NCBI GenBank assembly: GCA_030704615.1
Contig: CM060732.1
Location: 15,872,001-15,936,000, forward strand
Origin: Takakia lepidozioides
Lineage: Eukaryota > Plantae > Bryophyta
Length of the DNA stretch: 64,000 nt
Direction: 5' to 3'
Positions 26,430 to 39,117 of the stretch are shown one piece after another. A model generated the notes under the pieces. That model was not told where the DNA came from. It saw nothing but the letters and a program-made list of their open reading frames with translations, and did not search any database. Every line of letters begins with the position of its first letter. Position 1 is the first letter of the stretch. The position numbers and the translations under genes were made by a program.

Positions 26430-28297
26430 TCTACCTCTAAGTCTGCTGGACTTAAGGTTGCAGTTATGAAGGGCAATTGGGAACCTGACATTGGGCCCAT
26501 TGTCACTAGAGGAGAGAGACGATGTATACGGCGGTTCCTGAGGCTTACAGGAATTGCTTTGCCTCTTGAGCTACGGTGGAGGAGCATGAGAGACATGTTC
26601 AGGTTGTGCATCGACCGGGTTTGGTCAATAGGGATGCAGATGGATTGAGTGGCAATCCATGCACGAGCCAGCAGGATGACACTGGAGCTCGGTGGCATGG
26701 TGAGACAAACGAGGAGATGGTGTCAGGATGGCATGCATCTGCCTTTTTGTGTATCTTGGCATCAGGAGGTCAGGTTGGACCTACAACAGGGATGACTGTA
26801 GACGGAGTGTCTGAGGACCCTGAGGCTAGTGATGAGCCAGGTGGTGCCAAAGATATACATGAGGATTCGGTTGTGTTGGACTACCTCCGCACTGGAGACA
26901 TGGCAGCTAGTGTGACTGCCAAGGAGAGGGATCGGATCCTGCAACGAGCCAAGAGGTTCAAGTGGGAGGGGATACACCTGCTTTGAGTGTGGGAGGATGG
27001 TCGGGTGAGGATCGTGCCTCACCCAACACAGTGTGCATGGTTAGTGCGGCATGCCCATGAGGAGTTGGGGCATTTTGGAGTGCGACGCACTCATAGTTTA
27101 CTGCAGGGGCAGTATTGGTGGCGTGGTATGCACACAGAGGTGCAACAGTTTGTGGCTAGGTGCATGGTGTGTGACAGGGTGCGTGCTTCATTCAACGCCC
27201 CTACACCACAGTTGCATCCTTTACCCATCATGGGATTGGGCTACAGGTGGAGTCTTGACTTTGGAGGGCCGTTGCCATTGACGATGCGCCACCACAGATA
27301 TGTGTTGGTGATGGTGGAGCACTTCTCCAAGTGGATTGAGTTGGTTCCATTGCCTGACAAGGCTAGTGAGGGGGCTGCGTATGCATTCCTAGATCGTGTG
27401 CTTAGCCGATTCGGTGCTCTAGCTGAGGTACTCACGGACCAAGGGAAAGAGTTCTTGGGGGAGTTTCAGGCTTTGTGTGATAAAGCCTTGATAGACCACC
27501 GTACCACTTCTCGGGATCATCTTGAGGCCAATGGCTGGGCAGAGAGAGTGGTGCAGACGGTAAAGAGGGGTTTGCGCAAGTATGGCTTGCAAAAAGGACA
27601 CCTAGGAGATTGGGATCTTCAGATACCTTGGCTAGCCATGGGCTACAAGTTTAGCAAGCAAGCATCACTTGCCTCCTTCTCACCATATTTCCTTCTCTTT
27701 GGCCGAGAGCCAGATTTGCCTGCGTCTATTCACAGGGAGGCTGCAGTAGTCCTCAACCTTGATGATCCGGATGTGTGGACACAAGCATGTGCCCAGCGGG
27801 TAGAGTTGTTCAAGAGAGTCATGCCTATGGCTTTTGAGAATCTTGCTATTGCCCAACACCGAGATACATTGAGGTATGCCACTATACGTGGAGGGGGATA
27901 TCGGCCAGGTGTTCGGCGTTTCCACCCTGGGGACTATGTGTATCTGCAACAGACAGCGCCTACGACCTTGGATGTCACAGCAGGACGTGTGATTCTAAGG
28001 GTCAGGGAGGTGCTGCCTTCAGGAGTGTTGATTCTGGAGGGTCGAGATAGCATGGTATAGAAGGACCATGTGCGTAATTGTGCGCCATGTCACCTTCCAC
28101 ATGTGGATGGGAGGATAGATCCCATCCTTGCAGTGGTACCTGCAGGGTTGCGTTGCATGCTATGTAGGCATGCTCGTGGTGCCGCCACTATGCTAGTGTG
28201 TGATCGATGCTCAAGAGGTTGGCACATGGGATGCTTGACACCACCTCTTGAGAGGGTTCCTGATGGAGATTGGTTATGTCCACACTGCTTGGGATAG
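26430..28297 (+). pseudogene. pol: RT/RNase H remnants, DDE integrase and C-terminal PHD finger
   Basis: VEEHERHV (RT) is fused directly to VVHRPGLVNRDADGLS (RH end). HHCC HEELGH..CMVC, WSLDF, LTDQG and AERVV follow; PHD at ~28150-28295; stops at 26984 and 28058. Confidence 0.9.
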
Positions 28298-28775
28298 TGA
28301 CAGTGGATATGACTAGTGGCAGCTAACAAGACATGGGAGGCCAAGCTCACAGGAGTCAATACCCGAGATCTCAGGCTCAAGTTCACAGGTTGCAAGACGG
28401 CGACTAACGATGGGGAAACTCTTGTACCCGGCCTCTTCATCTATCGAGTTTGAATGTAGTAGGGACAGTGGTGGAGGACTTAGTGAGGCTATGGCCACTA
28501 TCACATATTGTGGCTACCTGGACTTAGAGGGACCTAAGCGCCAGCTAGGGGGGCGATTGTGATGGACTAGTGGCTGCACTAGTGGTGACTAGTGGTGGCT
28601 AGTGGCAGACTAGTGGTTGGACTAGTGGCTGCACTAGTGGTGACTAGTGGTTGTGTAGTGGCAGCCTAGTGGTGCACTAGTGGTGGACTAGTGATAGAAT
28701 AGTGTTTGGTGTGCACATGTGTTGTGTGATTTTGGACAACGATGTAGTTGTGTAGCGATATGTATGCGCACAACA

Positions 28776-28965
28776 ATACCCATCCATCTTCGATCCCACT
28801 TCCAAATCATACATCTGCACCCGGCGGTCCTACACCCTATTCTCCTCATTCATCTATACATGCCATCCCACATAGAGGACCTACCATTTATCCCTGAAAT
28901 CCTCAACACCATATCCATAACAATTACTAATCCAACCCACCAACAAGCCCATATCATATTCACTG
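28776..28965 (+). pseudogene. Continuation of the LINE APE endonuclease
   Basis: ...TKVT|IPIHL...LLIHLYMPSH...HIIFTG is in frame with the 19472 ORF across the TSD. Confidence 0.65.
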
Positions 28966-29246
28966 GCCAAATAGAGAGAGAGGTAGTTAGGTGAGGCGGG
29001 AAGGTCATATGCTTTTGCGATTTTACCTTGCATTTGCACCCCGGATGCCATAGTCATGACGAAGGCTCGGTTCCCTTGGAGTAGTGCTAGGCCGTCCGTG
29101 GTGGAGTGCAGAAGCTCCACCTGGAGAAAACCGTTCCAAATTTTGCTCCCGCGCTTGATATCGGTTGTGACCGGGGAGTAGAGTATGTTGCCAAGGGGGA
29201 TGTTCATGACCTCGAAACGTTTGCGGGCCCGGTAGATCGCTTGCTC
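28966..29246 (-). pseudogene. 3' part of a LINE ORF1-like ORF (5' part at 55410-56327)
   Basis: DTDMPME|QAIYRARKRFEVMNIPLG reads through once 29247-55409 and one TGCTC are removed. Confidence 0.5.
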
Positions 29247-29539
29247 TGTCGCGCACCTCCCTTTGGTAAGCTCCCCTTCACGTCATAGTTACTCGCTTTG
29301 ATGCGCGCGCCTAACTCTCAACCTGGCCGCCGGGCCAACTTGGAGCTTCGGCTGCTCACCGGGACATAACGGTCCCCCTTCGCTTCCCGCTAAACCCTCC
29401 ACCTATTTGGGACTAGTGGAATTCCCTTTGGTAGATGGCAGTCCGGAACAGCTCCCCACTCTTTGGTCGCTTTCCGGCTCGCTCGCTTATTCACTAGTTT
29501 TTGGTCACCAATGGGCTTGCACCGTTCTCGGGGTTCTCG

Positions 29540-30100
29540 GGCACAAACTGTCTCTTCATCAATTCCTTGAACCCACTCCAGTTCAAGGTTTCCGGGCTTG
29601 GACCTCGGTCGTGAAGGCGTTTCTGCCACCATTGTTGAGCATAGCCCCTCAAATAGGTGGGAGCCACTTCCACCCGATCCTCGTCACTCAACTTGGCCGC
29701 CCAGAAGTACTGCTCTAGCTCCAGGAGCCAGGTGTTGAGTGCCTTCTGATTTTGGACGCCCTCGAAGGAGCCGGGTTCCTTAGGCTTCACCTTAAACTTT
29801 GCCGAAGTGGAAGTGGCATTAGCCGCCTTCAACATGTCTTTCAACGTCCCGCCAAACTGCGCCAACAACCCTTCCCAAAAGGCTGCCGGCATGGGAGGCA
29901 TCTCTTGGTTTGTCGGAGCTCTCAAGAATTCCTCGGGCTCCGACTCCTCGGATTCCTCCCGCTCTTGAGCGGCCTCGTTTTCGGAAACATGCATCGCTTC
30001 CTCAAACGGCCGCCTCGGTGACACGTCGCCCCCATCGGGCTCACCGGGATCATCATCTTTTGGGCCGTTCCGCTTTCGCTTCGGCTTGCCCGACCCCATG
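29540..30100 (-). pseudogene. gag: Truncated gag of the second tandem chromovirus unit
   Basis: Near-identical to ~54070-54633 (KVKPKEPGSFEG..WLLELEQYF..AQQWW); fused to the partial LTR. Confidence 0.85.
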
Positions 30101-30154
30101 ATGAGGCCAATCCCAAGGACGATCGCATACTGAACTCTAAGCTCTGATACCAAG

Positions 30155-30873
30155 TGTCGCGCACCTCCCTTCGGTAAGCTCCCCTTCACGTCATAGTTAC
30201 TCGCTTTGATGCGCGCCTGACTCCCAACCTGGCCGCCGGGCCAACTTGGAGCTTCGGCTGCTCACCGGGACATAACGGTCCCCCTTCGCTTCCTACTAAC
30301 CCTCCACCTATTTGGGACTAGTGGAATTCCCTTTGGTAGATGGCAGTCCGGAACAGCTCCCCACTCTTTGGTCGCTTTCCGGCTCGCTCGTTTACTCACT
30401 AGTTTTTGGTCACCAACGGGCTTGCACCGTTCTCGGGGTTACTACTCCCTATATATACTTCTGTAGCTGTCCGCGGGGGTTTCACAACCAGCCATGCCAT
30501 TTTATGGCGAACCACCACGAAAACCCTCGACTCCCGGTGATGAGTCGCGGTGAGTCTTGGCCCGCTCACCACGGCCCCTATGGACCGTGATGAGTCCCAA
30601 GACTCCCCACGACTCCACCACGAGGTCTCCGCCCCCATGGTGAGTCCTATGCCACCCCACTAAGTCCCGCTAAGCTACCACCACCCCTTGTGGAGCCACC
30701 CCCACCGCAACCCGGTGTGCGGGCTCCACCTAGTGAGCGCCTCCGCCTCCTTGAGTGCCTTGGGCACTCAAGGGTGCTTCAGCCCCCCATACCTATTGCT
30801 GCCGCTGCCCCCACCACAGGGGCAGCCCCTCATGTGTCCCGACCCCCTGCCCTCAAGGCAAAAGGCCGCGACA
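30155..30873 (-). repeat. Internal (shared) LTR, 719 bp
   Basis: Near-identical to 54688-55409; PBS on one side, pol 3' UTR on the other. Confidence 0.92.
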
Positions 30874-31719
30874 CACACCCCTACCAACAGGGAGTCGATG
30901 TCCTCATCGACCTGTCCATTTTGTAGAAACGATCATCCAAGTTGTGGCGTCCCACATCAAGGAGTTTGTTTCCGTACCATGGCGTCCCATGGCAAAGAAC
31001 CAAACCCCACACTTGACTCTACTCTCCACTAGCTAGTTCGGCCGACTTCCTCCAAGTCCCGGCCAAGGGTGGAGCCTCTCAAGCTCCTCCCAGTGCACTC
31101 TTCTTGGCCTACTTCAAGGCCAAGGAACGATCCTCCCCGAGGATCGAATCGCCTTACTGCAACAACATTGCTTGCGACCGCTCATGATGCCGCTTTTGGT
31201 ATCACCTTGAGCAAGGGTTCACCTGGAACCCTCTTTGACTAGGAAGATAACTTTGAACCAACCGTGCGCCCCAATCACTACAATTGGGTCCGCCTTGGAA
31301 TGCTGGCCTGAGGTACGGGAACACGCCGAAGCCGCACTACGACTTCGTCCCGAGGCTACACGATTATAGTACGTGAACGGAAGCACGTGGCTTCCGCGTT
31401 AGCCCGCACTACAAGGCAACCCCCTCGGTAGCGCAGTTATAGTACGCGCACGCGCCAGGTGCGCACTAGCACGTGAACTCCCAAAGAAGGCGCAAGTTTC
31501 CTTGCCCCTCGGATGGGGGTCACCCGATTTCGGCACTACACAAACACACGATTAACCCAATTTACCTCTCCCACTTTTATAAGCTAGCATGCATTCTACA
31601 CACTAGCCAACCATACCATGCATCACCATTCCAAACAAAATAGGACGCACAACATTTGGAATCCGTTTCATTTATAGCATATTTTGTACAATACAAATTT
31701 TTGCAATCGGATTCCTAAG

Positions 31720-34700
31720 CTAGCTAAACCGGGCTAAACATGCATTTCCTCCCCCACGCTCCAAGGTTGATGTCCCCATCAACGCTTTCTTCCGCTTTTG
31801 AGGTCGCCCTTCGAAAGCTGCGACCGCCTCGGATGCGTTTCCCATTTCTGAGGCACGCACCCAAGATGCCTCCACATTATGATAGCCCTTCCATTTGACG
31901 AGATACTCCGTTTCTCGGTTCCTGAACCTCCTCGACTTAAGTATTGCCTCCACCTCGTACTCAGGTTCATTTTCATGATCCAACAGCATAGGTGGCGGAC
32001 GCAACATTTGATGCCGATTCGGACGCGCTTCATCTTTGAAGTAAGGCTTCAAAAGGGAGACATGGAATACTGGGTGCACCTTGCTGTTTGCCGGCAGCTC
32101 CAATTCATACACATCCTCATTCATAACCTTCCGAATGCGAAAGGGTCCCGCATACGGAGGTACGAACTTCGGACTCACTTCCGGAGGTAGTCGGAAATTC
32201 TTGATGTTCAACCAGACCTCTGTGCCTGCCTCAAACTTCACTTCCCTCCGCTTCCGATTCGCCTGCCTTTCATACCGTTTCCTAGCTTTGGCAATGTTGT
32301 ACTTTGCGAGCTTCAACAAATGCTCGTGTTCTTCCAGTACCGCCGCTACTGCCGGTTCCTCAACGTCCTGGGCAGCCCAACTTGTCGGCACCAGAGGTGT
32401 TTTTCCATAGACCAATACGAAAGGGGAAACTCCGTTGCGGAGTGTTCTGTGTTATTATAACAGAACTCTACCGCGTCTAAGTGTTCCATCCAGTCTGATT
32501 GGTCTGCCGACACGTAATTCCGCAAGAATTGCTTCACTACAGAATTCACTCTTTCCATTTGGCCGTCCGTCGTAGGTCGGAAGCGGTGCTCATCTTCAGC
32601 CTCGTCCCCATCTTCTTCCAAAGTGTCCTCCAAATTTACTCGTAAACTTTGGATCGCGATCCGAGACAATATCCTTCGGGACTCCATGATGCTTTAAGAC
32701 GTGGGCGAAGTAAAGTCGCCCTGTCTCCTGCGCCGTTGCCGTCTCCTTGGTGGGGATGAAATGGCCCATTTTACTGAACCTATCCACCACCACCATGATT
32801 GCATCGAATCCTTATGACAGCGGCATAGCAGTCATGAAATCCATCGAGACGCTTTCCCAAGTCCCCTCTGGAATCGGCAAGGGTTGTAACAGCCCCGCTT
32901 GCTTTTTGTACTCGCTCCGGTTTTGTTGGCATGTGGTGCATGTCTTGACATACTCCTCTGCCTCCTCCCTCAGTTTGGGCCAGAAATACTCTTTCTTCAA
33001 GAGTGCCGCAGTGCGCTTGGCTCCGCCGTGGCCCGCAAGCGGGCTATCATGGCATTCTCTCAAGAGGCTATCTCTGATCCCTCCCTTTGGCACGTAGAGA
33101 CGTTTTTGCTTATACCGGAGCAGTCCATTTTGCAAGTGGAACTGCGATTTAACCCATCCTCAAGTCCTGCATCACGGACTTCGCCAGCTCATCCTTCCGG
33201 CAAGCCTTTCGGATCTTCCTTTGGAGCGCCGTCTCGCCTCTGTACACCAACAAGAGCTGCTGCTTTCTACTTAAAGCATCGGCCACCACGTTGTCTCATC
33301 CCGGTTTGTACTGGATATCCACGTCGAACACCGCCAAAGTATCTTGCCACCTAAGTTGTTTTGGGGACAACTTGGGCTGCGTGGCAAAATACTTCACCGT
33401 GACATTGTCCGTGAACACCTTCACTGGGTTGGAACCAACATAGTGGCGCCAGAGCTCAAGACAGTGCACCACCGTCTTCATCTCTTTCTCGTGCGTCGGC
33501 CACCGTCGCTCCACTTCATTCAGTTTCTTACTTTCGTAAGCCACTGGACGTCCATCTTGCATCAGCACACCACCAATCTCGAAGTCCGACGCATCTGTAT
33601 GTATCTCAAACGGACGATCGAACTCCGGGATTTTCAAGACTGGAGCTTCCGCCATCCGCTACTTCAATTCAGCAAAAGCTTGGCCACAAAAGGTGTTCCA
33701 TGCCCAGACTTTAGATTTATACAGAAGGTCTAACAGCGGCCCCGCGATTTTGGCGAAATTTCTCACATACTTCCGGTAATAGGAGGCGAGTCCTAGGAAG
33801 GATCGCACTCCCGGGACCGAAGTCGGAGGCTCCCAGTCCAAAATTGCCCTCACCTTCCTGTCATCCATTTTGATCCCATCCTGTGTAATCACATGCCCCT
33901 GGAACTCCACTTTTGTGACCCCGAATTCGCACTTTGAAGCTTTGGCATACAGCTTCCCTTCTCGCAATTTCTGGAACACCCTTTGAGGTGCTCCAGGTGC
34001 TCCTCCTTTGTTTTCGAATACACCAAGATGTCGTCGATGTACACGATCACAAAGTCATCCAACCACTCCTGAAAAAGGCTGTTCATCAGCGTGCTAAATG
34101 TCGCTGGTGCATTGGTGAGCCCAAAAGGCATCACCAAGAACTCATATGAACCATACCTTGTCCTGCACGCGGTCTTCTCCTCATCTCCTTCCGCCACCCG
34201 AATTTGGTGATAGCCGGAGCGCAAGTCGATCCGGCTGAAATACTTCGCTCCTGCCAACCGATCGAAGAGGTCGTCGATCCTTGGCAAAGGGTACCGGTTT
34301 TTGATAGTCACCTTATTCAGAGTCCTGTAATCGACACACATCCGCAGCGTCCCATCCTTCTTGTCTGCGAATAGCACCGGGGCTCCGTAAGGTGACTTAC
34401 TCGGCCGGATGTACCCCTTTGACATTAGATCCTTGAGCTGAGTCTTCAGCTCGACCAACTCCCTGTGGCTCAACCGGTAGGGTGCCTTGGCAGGCGGTTC
34501 CATTCCCGGTATCACCTCAATCTTGTGGTCAACTTCTCTTCCCGGTGGCAAGCCGCTTGGTAAATCCTCCGGCATCACATCCTGGTATTTCTCCAAAATC
34601 CCCTTGATCCATTCTGGGCTCGGCTCCCCATCGCCTTCTCCCTTCACTTCTCTAATGTAAAGCAAAAACTGGGGTTCGTGTGCCTCCTCCACGGCCAACT

Positions 34701-35595
34701 CCCTTGCTGACAGAAGGTTTATTCGCCCTCCCACGGATTTGGGCGTTTTCGACACTCGTAAGACCTCGCCACCATTCCCACATGGCAGCGTGACTACTCT
34801 CTTGCGGCCATTTATGACCGCTCCGGACTTGCTCAAAAAGGTCATCCCCAAAATGAGATCTACTCCATCGATCTCGCAGATGGTGAAGTTCTCACGTCCC
34901 TCCCAACTCCCCAGTTGAAGAGGAACATCAAACGCCAACCTTGTCGCCAACTGTGGTTCTCCTTTGGCAGAACGCACCTTGATAGAGGCCCCCACGTCAC
35001 TTGTCGGGAGTCCCAGCTTTTGTGCCGTTGGCGGTGTCATGAAGGAGTGCGACGCTCCTGTGTCCACCAACAACGACACATTAGTTCCGGATATTATCCC
35101 ATCCACGAACAATAACTGACTCCCTTTTCGTAAGCCGCCAGTTTCCTGATACAACTCACAAGAAAATTTGCCTACCTTGCAAGTCCTGGCGACCACCGCT
35201 TCCACCAAGTGACTGATGGTATCTTCCAACAGCTCCGTGGTCGCCCGAGTCATGTTCAATTGCCGGGGCTTCGTGCACTTCTTGGCCATGTGCCCGGGCT
35301 CCCCGCAATTGAAACACACTCCATCAAAGGTCGCCTTCTGTCCGCCATAAGCCTCTCCACCCGCTTTTCCTTTTGAAGCACCGGGTGCCGCCTTGACGTG
35401 TGAAGGCCCTCCCTTCGATTTCCACGTGCCATTGTCGCCACGTGGCCTATCCCACTTCTTTTCCGGTCGGAAGGAGTCACCTTCCCGCCGGGTCTTCTTG
35501 TGGTTCAGCTCCGTACGGCCTTGTCTCTCACCCCTAGGGACATCCGAGAAACATTCAGCCCTCTCAATTGCCTCGTTCAAAGTCTTGGGTGGTTC
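31720..35595 (-). pseudogene. pol: Gag C-terminus, PR, RT, RNase H, integrase and chromodomain (frameshifted)
   Basis: [69 protein letters not shown] and EYEVEAIL..YLVKWKGY..ASW. Confidence 0.95.
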
Positions 35596-35599
35596 CGCC

Positions 35600-36510
35600 T
35601 CCGTGCAAGCATCTCCTCTTCTCGTTGCTGAACAAGATTATTGTATCTTATCTCCCACTCATGTATGGATGTGGTGTTCTTCAGTATGAAGTCATGCGCT
35701 TGCTCAATCACCAAGGTCGGCAATTTTACCCTCTTCGATTTTTTGAGCAAAACGATGTCCTTGGTTCGTGCATCCTCCTCTTCCTTCCACATCCGAGGGG
35801 CTTCCTCATCCACCCTTGTCATGTACTCCATGCAATAGAACATAGCTTCTTGCAACGTATACCCCTCCGCCATGCTACCCTCCGGGTGCGCCATTTGTCT
35901 TACAAATCCTTTCAAAGTCTTCATATAACGCTCAAGGAAGTACATCGACCGAGAATGAACGGGGCCGGCAATTGAAGCCTCTTCCACTATATACACTACC
36001 AAGTGCACTTGGATGTCAAAGAAGGAGGGAGGAAGGTGCATCTCCAACATACACATTACCTCCGCCGCCTGCTTCTTCATGCGTGGAAAATCTGTTTCTT
36101 CCAACTCTTTGGAGCAAATCCACCGGAACAAGCCTCCCAATCTATAGATTGTCTCACGAACCTCAAGAGTCAATGTCCCACGTACTGCAATGGGCAAGAT
36201 GTCTTGCAATAGATTGTGGTAGTCATGAGACTTCAAACCATGGACCCCGTTTTTTTCGCTGAACTTTGTACGGAGGGATAACCCATAACCAGTTGATGTT
36301 CGGACAACACTTATGGTGGCTATCACTTTCTTGTATTCCTCCTTTGTCCATTGCCAATGTGCGCGCCTATACTTCCACCGTACAACACCCTTTGGGTTCA
36401 CACCATTTTGTTCGGCTCATAGATGGCGCATGCAACCCTGCTCCTCAAGCTCCTTTCTAACACCGAGAGAATCTCTTTTTGCAGCCACTCCCTTCTTTGT
36501 CGGCGTGCCA
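35600..36510 (-). pseudogene. CACTA transposase fragment (DUF4218 region)
   Basis: GLKSHDYHNLLQDILPIAVRG, LEMHLPPSFFDIQVHL and GPVHSRSMYFLERYMKTLKGFVRQMAHPEGSMAEGY. Confidence 0.85.
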
Positions 36511-37599
36511 TGAAGAACCCGAAAAAGGGACGAGCAGACATTCTTATCAATATGCATGGAATCTAGAAGATGGCGAATCTTCAGGTCCTACATATATCCC
36601 CACCCACAAAGACTTACACAAAATTTTGTACATGAAAGTGACAATGCAACGCATATCAATGTGCAATATCACATGCATGCATATGGATATTGACGGTGTT
36701 TTTGTGGAATATGTACCGCCCAATATGACAACTCGTAGTAGATTGAAAGTCGTCTCATGCCGGGCACGTCCACTTCACCATCCGTGCATTTGTGTCATTT
36801 ACCATTGGGGTAACGACTCATTTTGAGTTGTAAAAGTCAAAAAATTGGGATCGACTGGAAGTTACAAACGACTAGTTACAACAAACGTGGTAGTTGGGTT
36901 GAACATCCAATGATTGGAGTGGTAAAAGACGCAGACGCGCGAACAACTACTTAGCGATTAATGCTGAAGAACCACGTGGCGTAACCAGACGGGCCGCCCG
37001 TGTGTCTGACCTTTTGGGCTGACTTTGACTTTTCCCTCCGGATGAGTGGACCGACTCACCGGAGCGCGGTGACACATGGACACATGGATGCGGACGTGGA
37101 CGTGGACGACAATGTGGATGCCGACATGGCGGCGCCACGACAAGCAACACTGCTGCCACGTGGCCACGGGCCCGGGGCGCCACGTGGTAGTAGACCACAT
37201 AACTTGCAATGCTACATGCCCAGTGGCAATTGCGACTGCGGAAGTTGGCGCAACCACTGCTTTATTACTTTAAATGAAGTGCTCGAAATTACTTGAACAA
37301 TCATTCATAGTGATTCATGCTTTGAAGTTTTGGTGTTTGTAGTGAGTCGACTAGTACATACGCATGTAATGCCATACAAGAGAGTTAATCATGCATTAGA
37401 AATGCACAAACGATGAAAGACATGCCATGAAACAAAATGAAATGAAAATGAATGAAATGATACAAAATGGTACTTTATTACATCTGCAGAAAGCTCAAAG
37501 AGCTTATGGGACAAAATGAAAAAAACAAAGTAAAAAAGCAGCCCAAAAGCTATTGCTGCTCTGGGGATTGCCTTAAGGGTCAAGGCCTCGTGCAAGTTG

Positions 37600-38281
37600 C
37601 CAAGCAGTTCTGATCCTCATAATGCAAGACTTCAGTGAGTTCCACGGAATAGACCATCTACCCATGGAGGTTTCTTGTAGTTATTGATCCACAGGGAATC
37701 ATAGGTAATCTTGTGCTTGAAATTTGGCCCTCTAGGATGAATCTGGACCCACACTCTATCCCTGCTCCTTCAGCTATCCATGCCCCTGCACAAAATCATG
37801 CATTCATCCTTGCCTTGCTACTAGGAGCTAACAATGACAGCCTAGATTTGTTCAGCTAGGAAACACCCAACTCAGCTTATCACACTAGTTCCTATGCTCA
37901 ATTGCGTCTGCTACTCTCTGAAATGTAGCAGGCATTCACCTTTTTGCCTCGGTTGTCCCATCATTGACTGGGGGCAGAAAAGTATTCATTCCACAGGTTC
38001 TCCTCATGTCTGTTACTTGTTTTTTTATACTTTCCTGTTGTCACATAGCAGTATCATGTCAAAGTCACTCCCAAACTAGATTCACTCAACCAACTAACTT
38101 GCAGAATTCAACATGGAAATTTTGGGCCGATTCTGATAAGAGGGAAAAACAGGGTGAAATGTGTTGAAGAATATGCCTTCATTAACAATGTCTGATTTTA
38201 TCAATTGTGCCGTTGCTGCCAGTTGACCATCTACCCATGCAGGTTTCTTGTAGCTGCATAGTTAATCTGGAGCTTGAAGTC
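37600..38281 (-). pseudogene. 3' part of an OSB/PTAC9-type PDF-motif gene fragment (5' part 52672-52940)
   Basis: Spliced reading EYFSAPSQ*WDNRGKK|IHPRGPNFKHKITYDSLWINNYKKPPWVD matches the plant PDF ssDNA-binding motif WWDNR..K.NP..PDFKHK.T...LW. Confidence 0.65.
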
Positions 38282-38544
38282 GAGGTTTGCTATTTCATGA
38301 GCATGAGCGGCATGAGCGGCATGAGCGGCATGAGCAGAGTAGTAACACAATCGGTTTTCATGAGCAGAAGTACAAATTTCGAAAATAAAAAACAATAAAA
38401 AACAATAAAAAACAATAATTTAATGCAATGTGTCAGAAAAAACAAATATATTATTCGGCCCCTTGAAGGGAAAATTGCACTTTTGACAGTTGTGCTCATG
38501 ATATTTTGTCTTCCGCTCATGCCAATTCCTAGCGACATGTGCAA

Positions 38545-38912
38545 ATATGGCGCCGAATTTCGCGTAATAGGTCCGTAACCTGAAAAAACGGGCGACGTAT
38601 TTCGCGGGCAATAGGTCTCTCTGGCGAAAAATGGTGCCGAATTCCGCGGGCTATAGGTCCCCTCATGACAGGTAATTCGGCGCCATTTTTTCCAGTGCAT
38701 GTTCCGGACTTAGCCAGTTTTCGGCCCAAAAAAGAGAAATTCGGCGCCATTTTTCCAGACACGGTACCATTGCATGTTTGGACTTGTAGCCAGTTTTTCG
38801 GCCCCAAAAGAGAAATTCGGCGCCATTTTTCCCAACAAACCGGTACCAGTGCATGTTGGGACTTAGCGAGTTTTCGGCCCCAAAAAGAGAAATTCGGCGC
38901 CATTTTTCCAGA
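38545..38912. repeat. Subterminal array of AAATTCGGCGCCATTTT motifs
   Basis: About 7 degenerate copies. Confidence 0.85.
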
Positions 38913-39117
38913 AATGGCCCCAGAACTGCTTCTGTTGGATCTCAGTTTGAATGGAATATTGCCTCATTCCAGGAGTTTTGGGGTGCATTTCATTACACTG
39001 CAAAAAAAAAGTCTGATACAGCAAAATGCATTTGAAAATATCCATATGGAGGATTCCGTTTGCCCCATCAATGATTTCTGGAATCCCTAAGAAAGAGTTT
39101 GTGCAGCTCGTTCACGC

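Larger units (their letters stand above)
19800..28775 (+). mobile_element. Ty3/gypsy-type retroelement with DNMT3-like methyltransferase and PHD finger (copy 2); non-identical termini; RT/RNase H largely deleted
   Basis: TGTCAAG...CACAACA flanked by ATAC (19796-19799, 28776-28779); removing it restores the LINE frame. PBS-like TGGCGCCGTAG at 19987, PPT 28546-28556, terminal repeat B 28558-28775. Confidence 0.85.

Noticed and set aside
19800-28775. Ginger DNA transposon (TGT..ACA ends, 4-bp TSD, PHD) or DIRS/Ngaro element
   Set aside because: It has gag, protease, RT/RH remnants and a PPT but no long TIRs, and no tyrosine recombinase was seen.
36950-37260. Cluster of CCACGTGG (G-box-like) palindromes
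   Set aside because: Too few and degenerate; probably TE-internal sequence with no linked gene.
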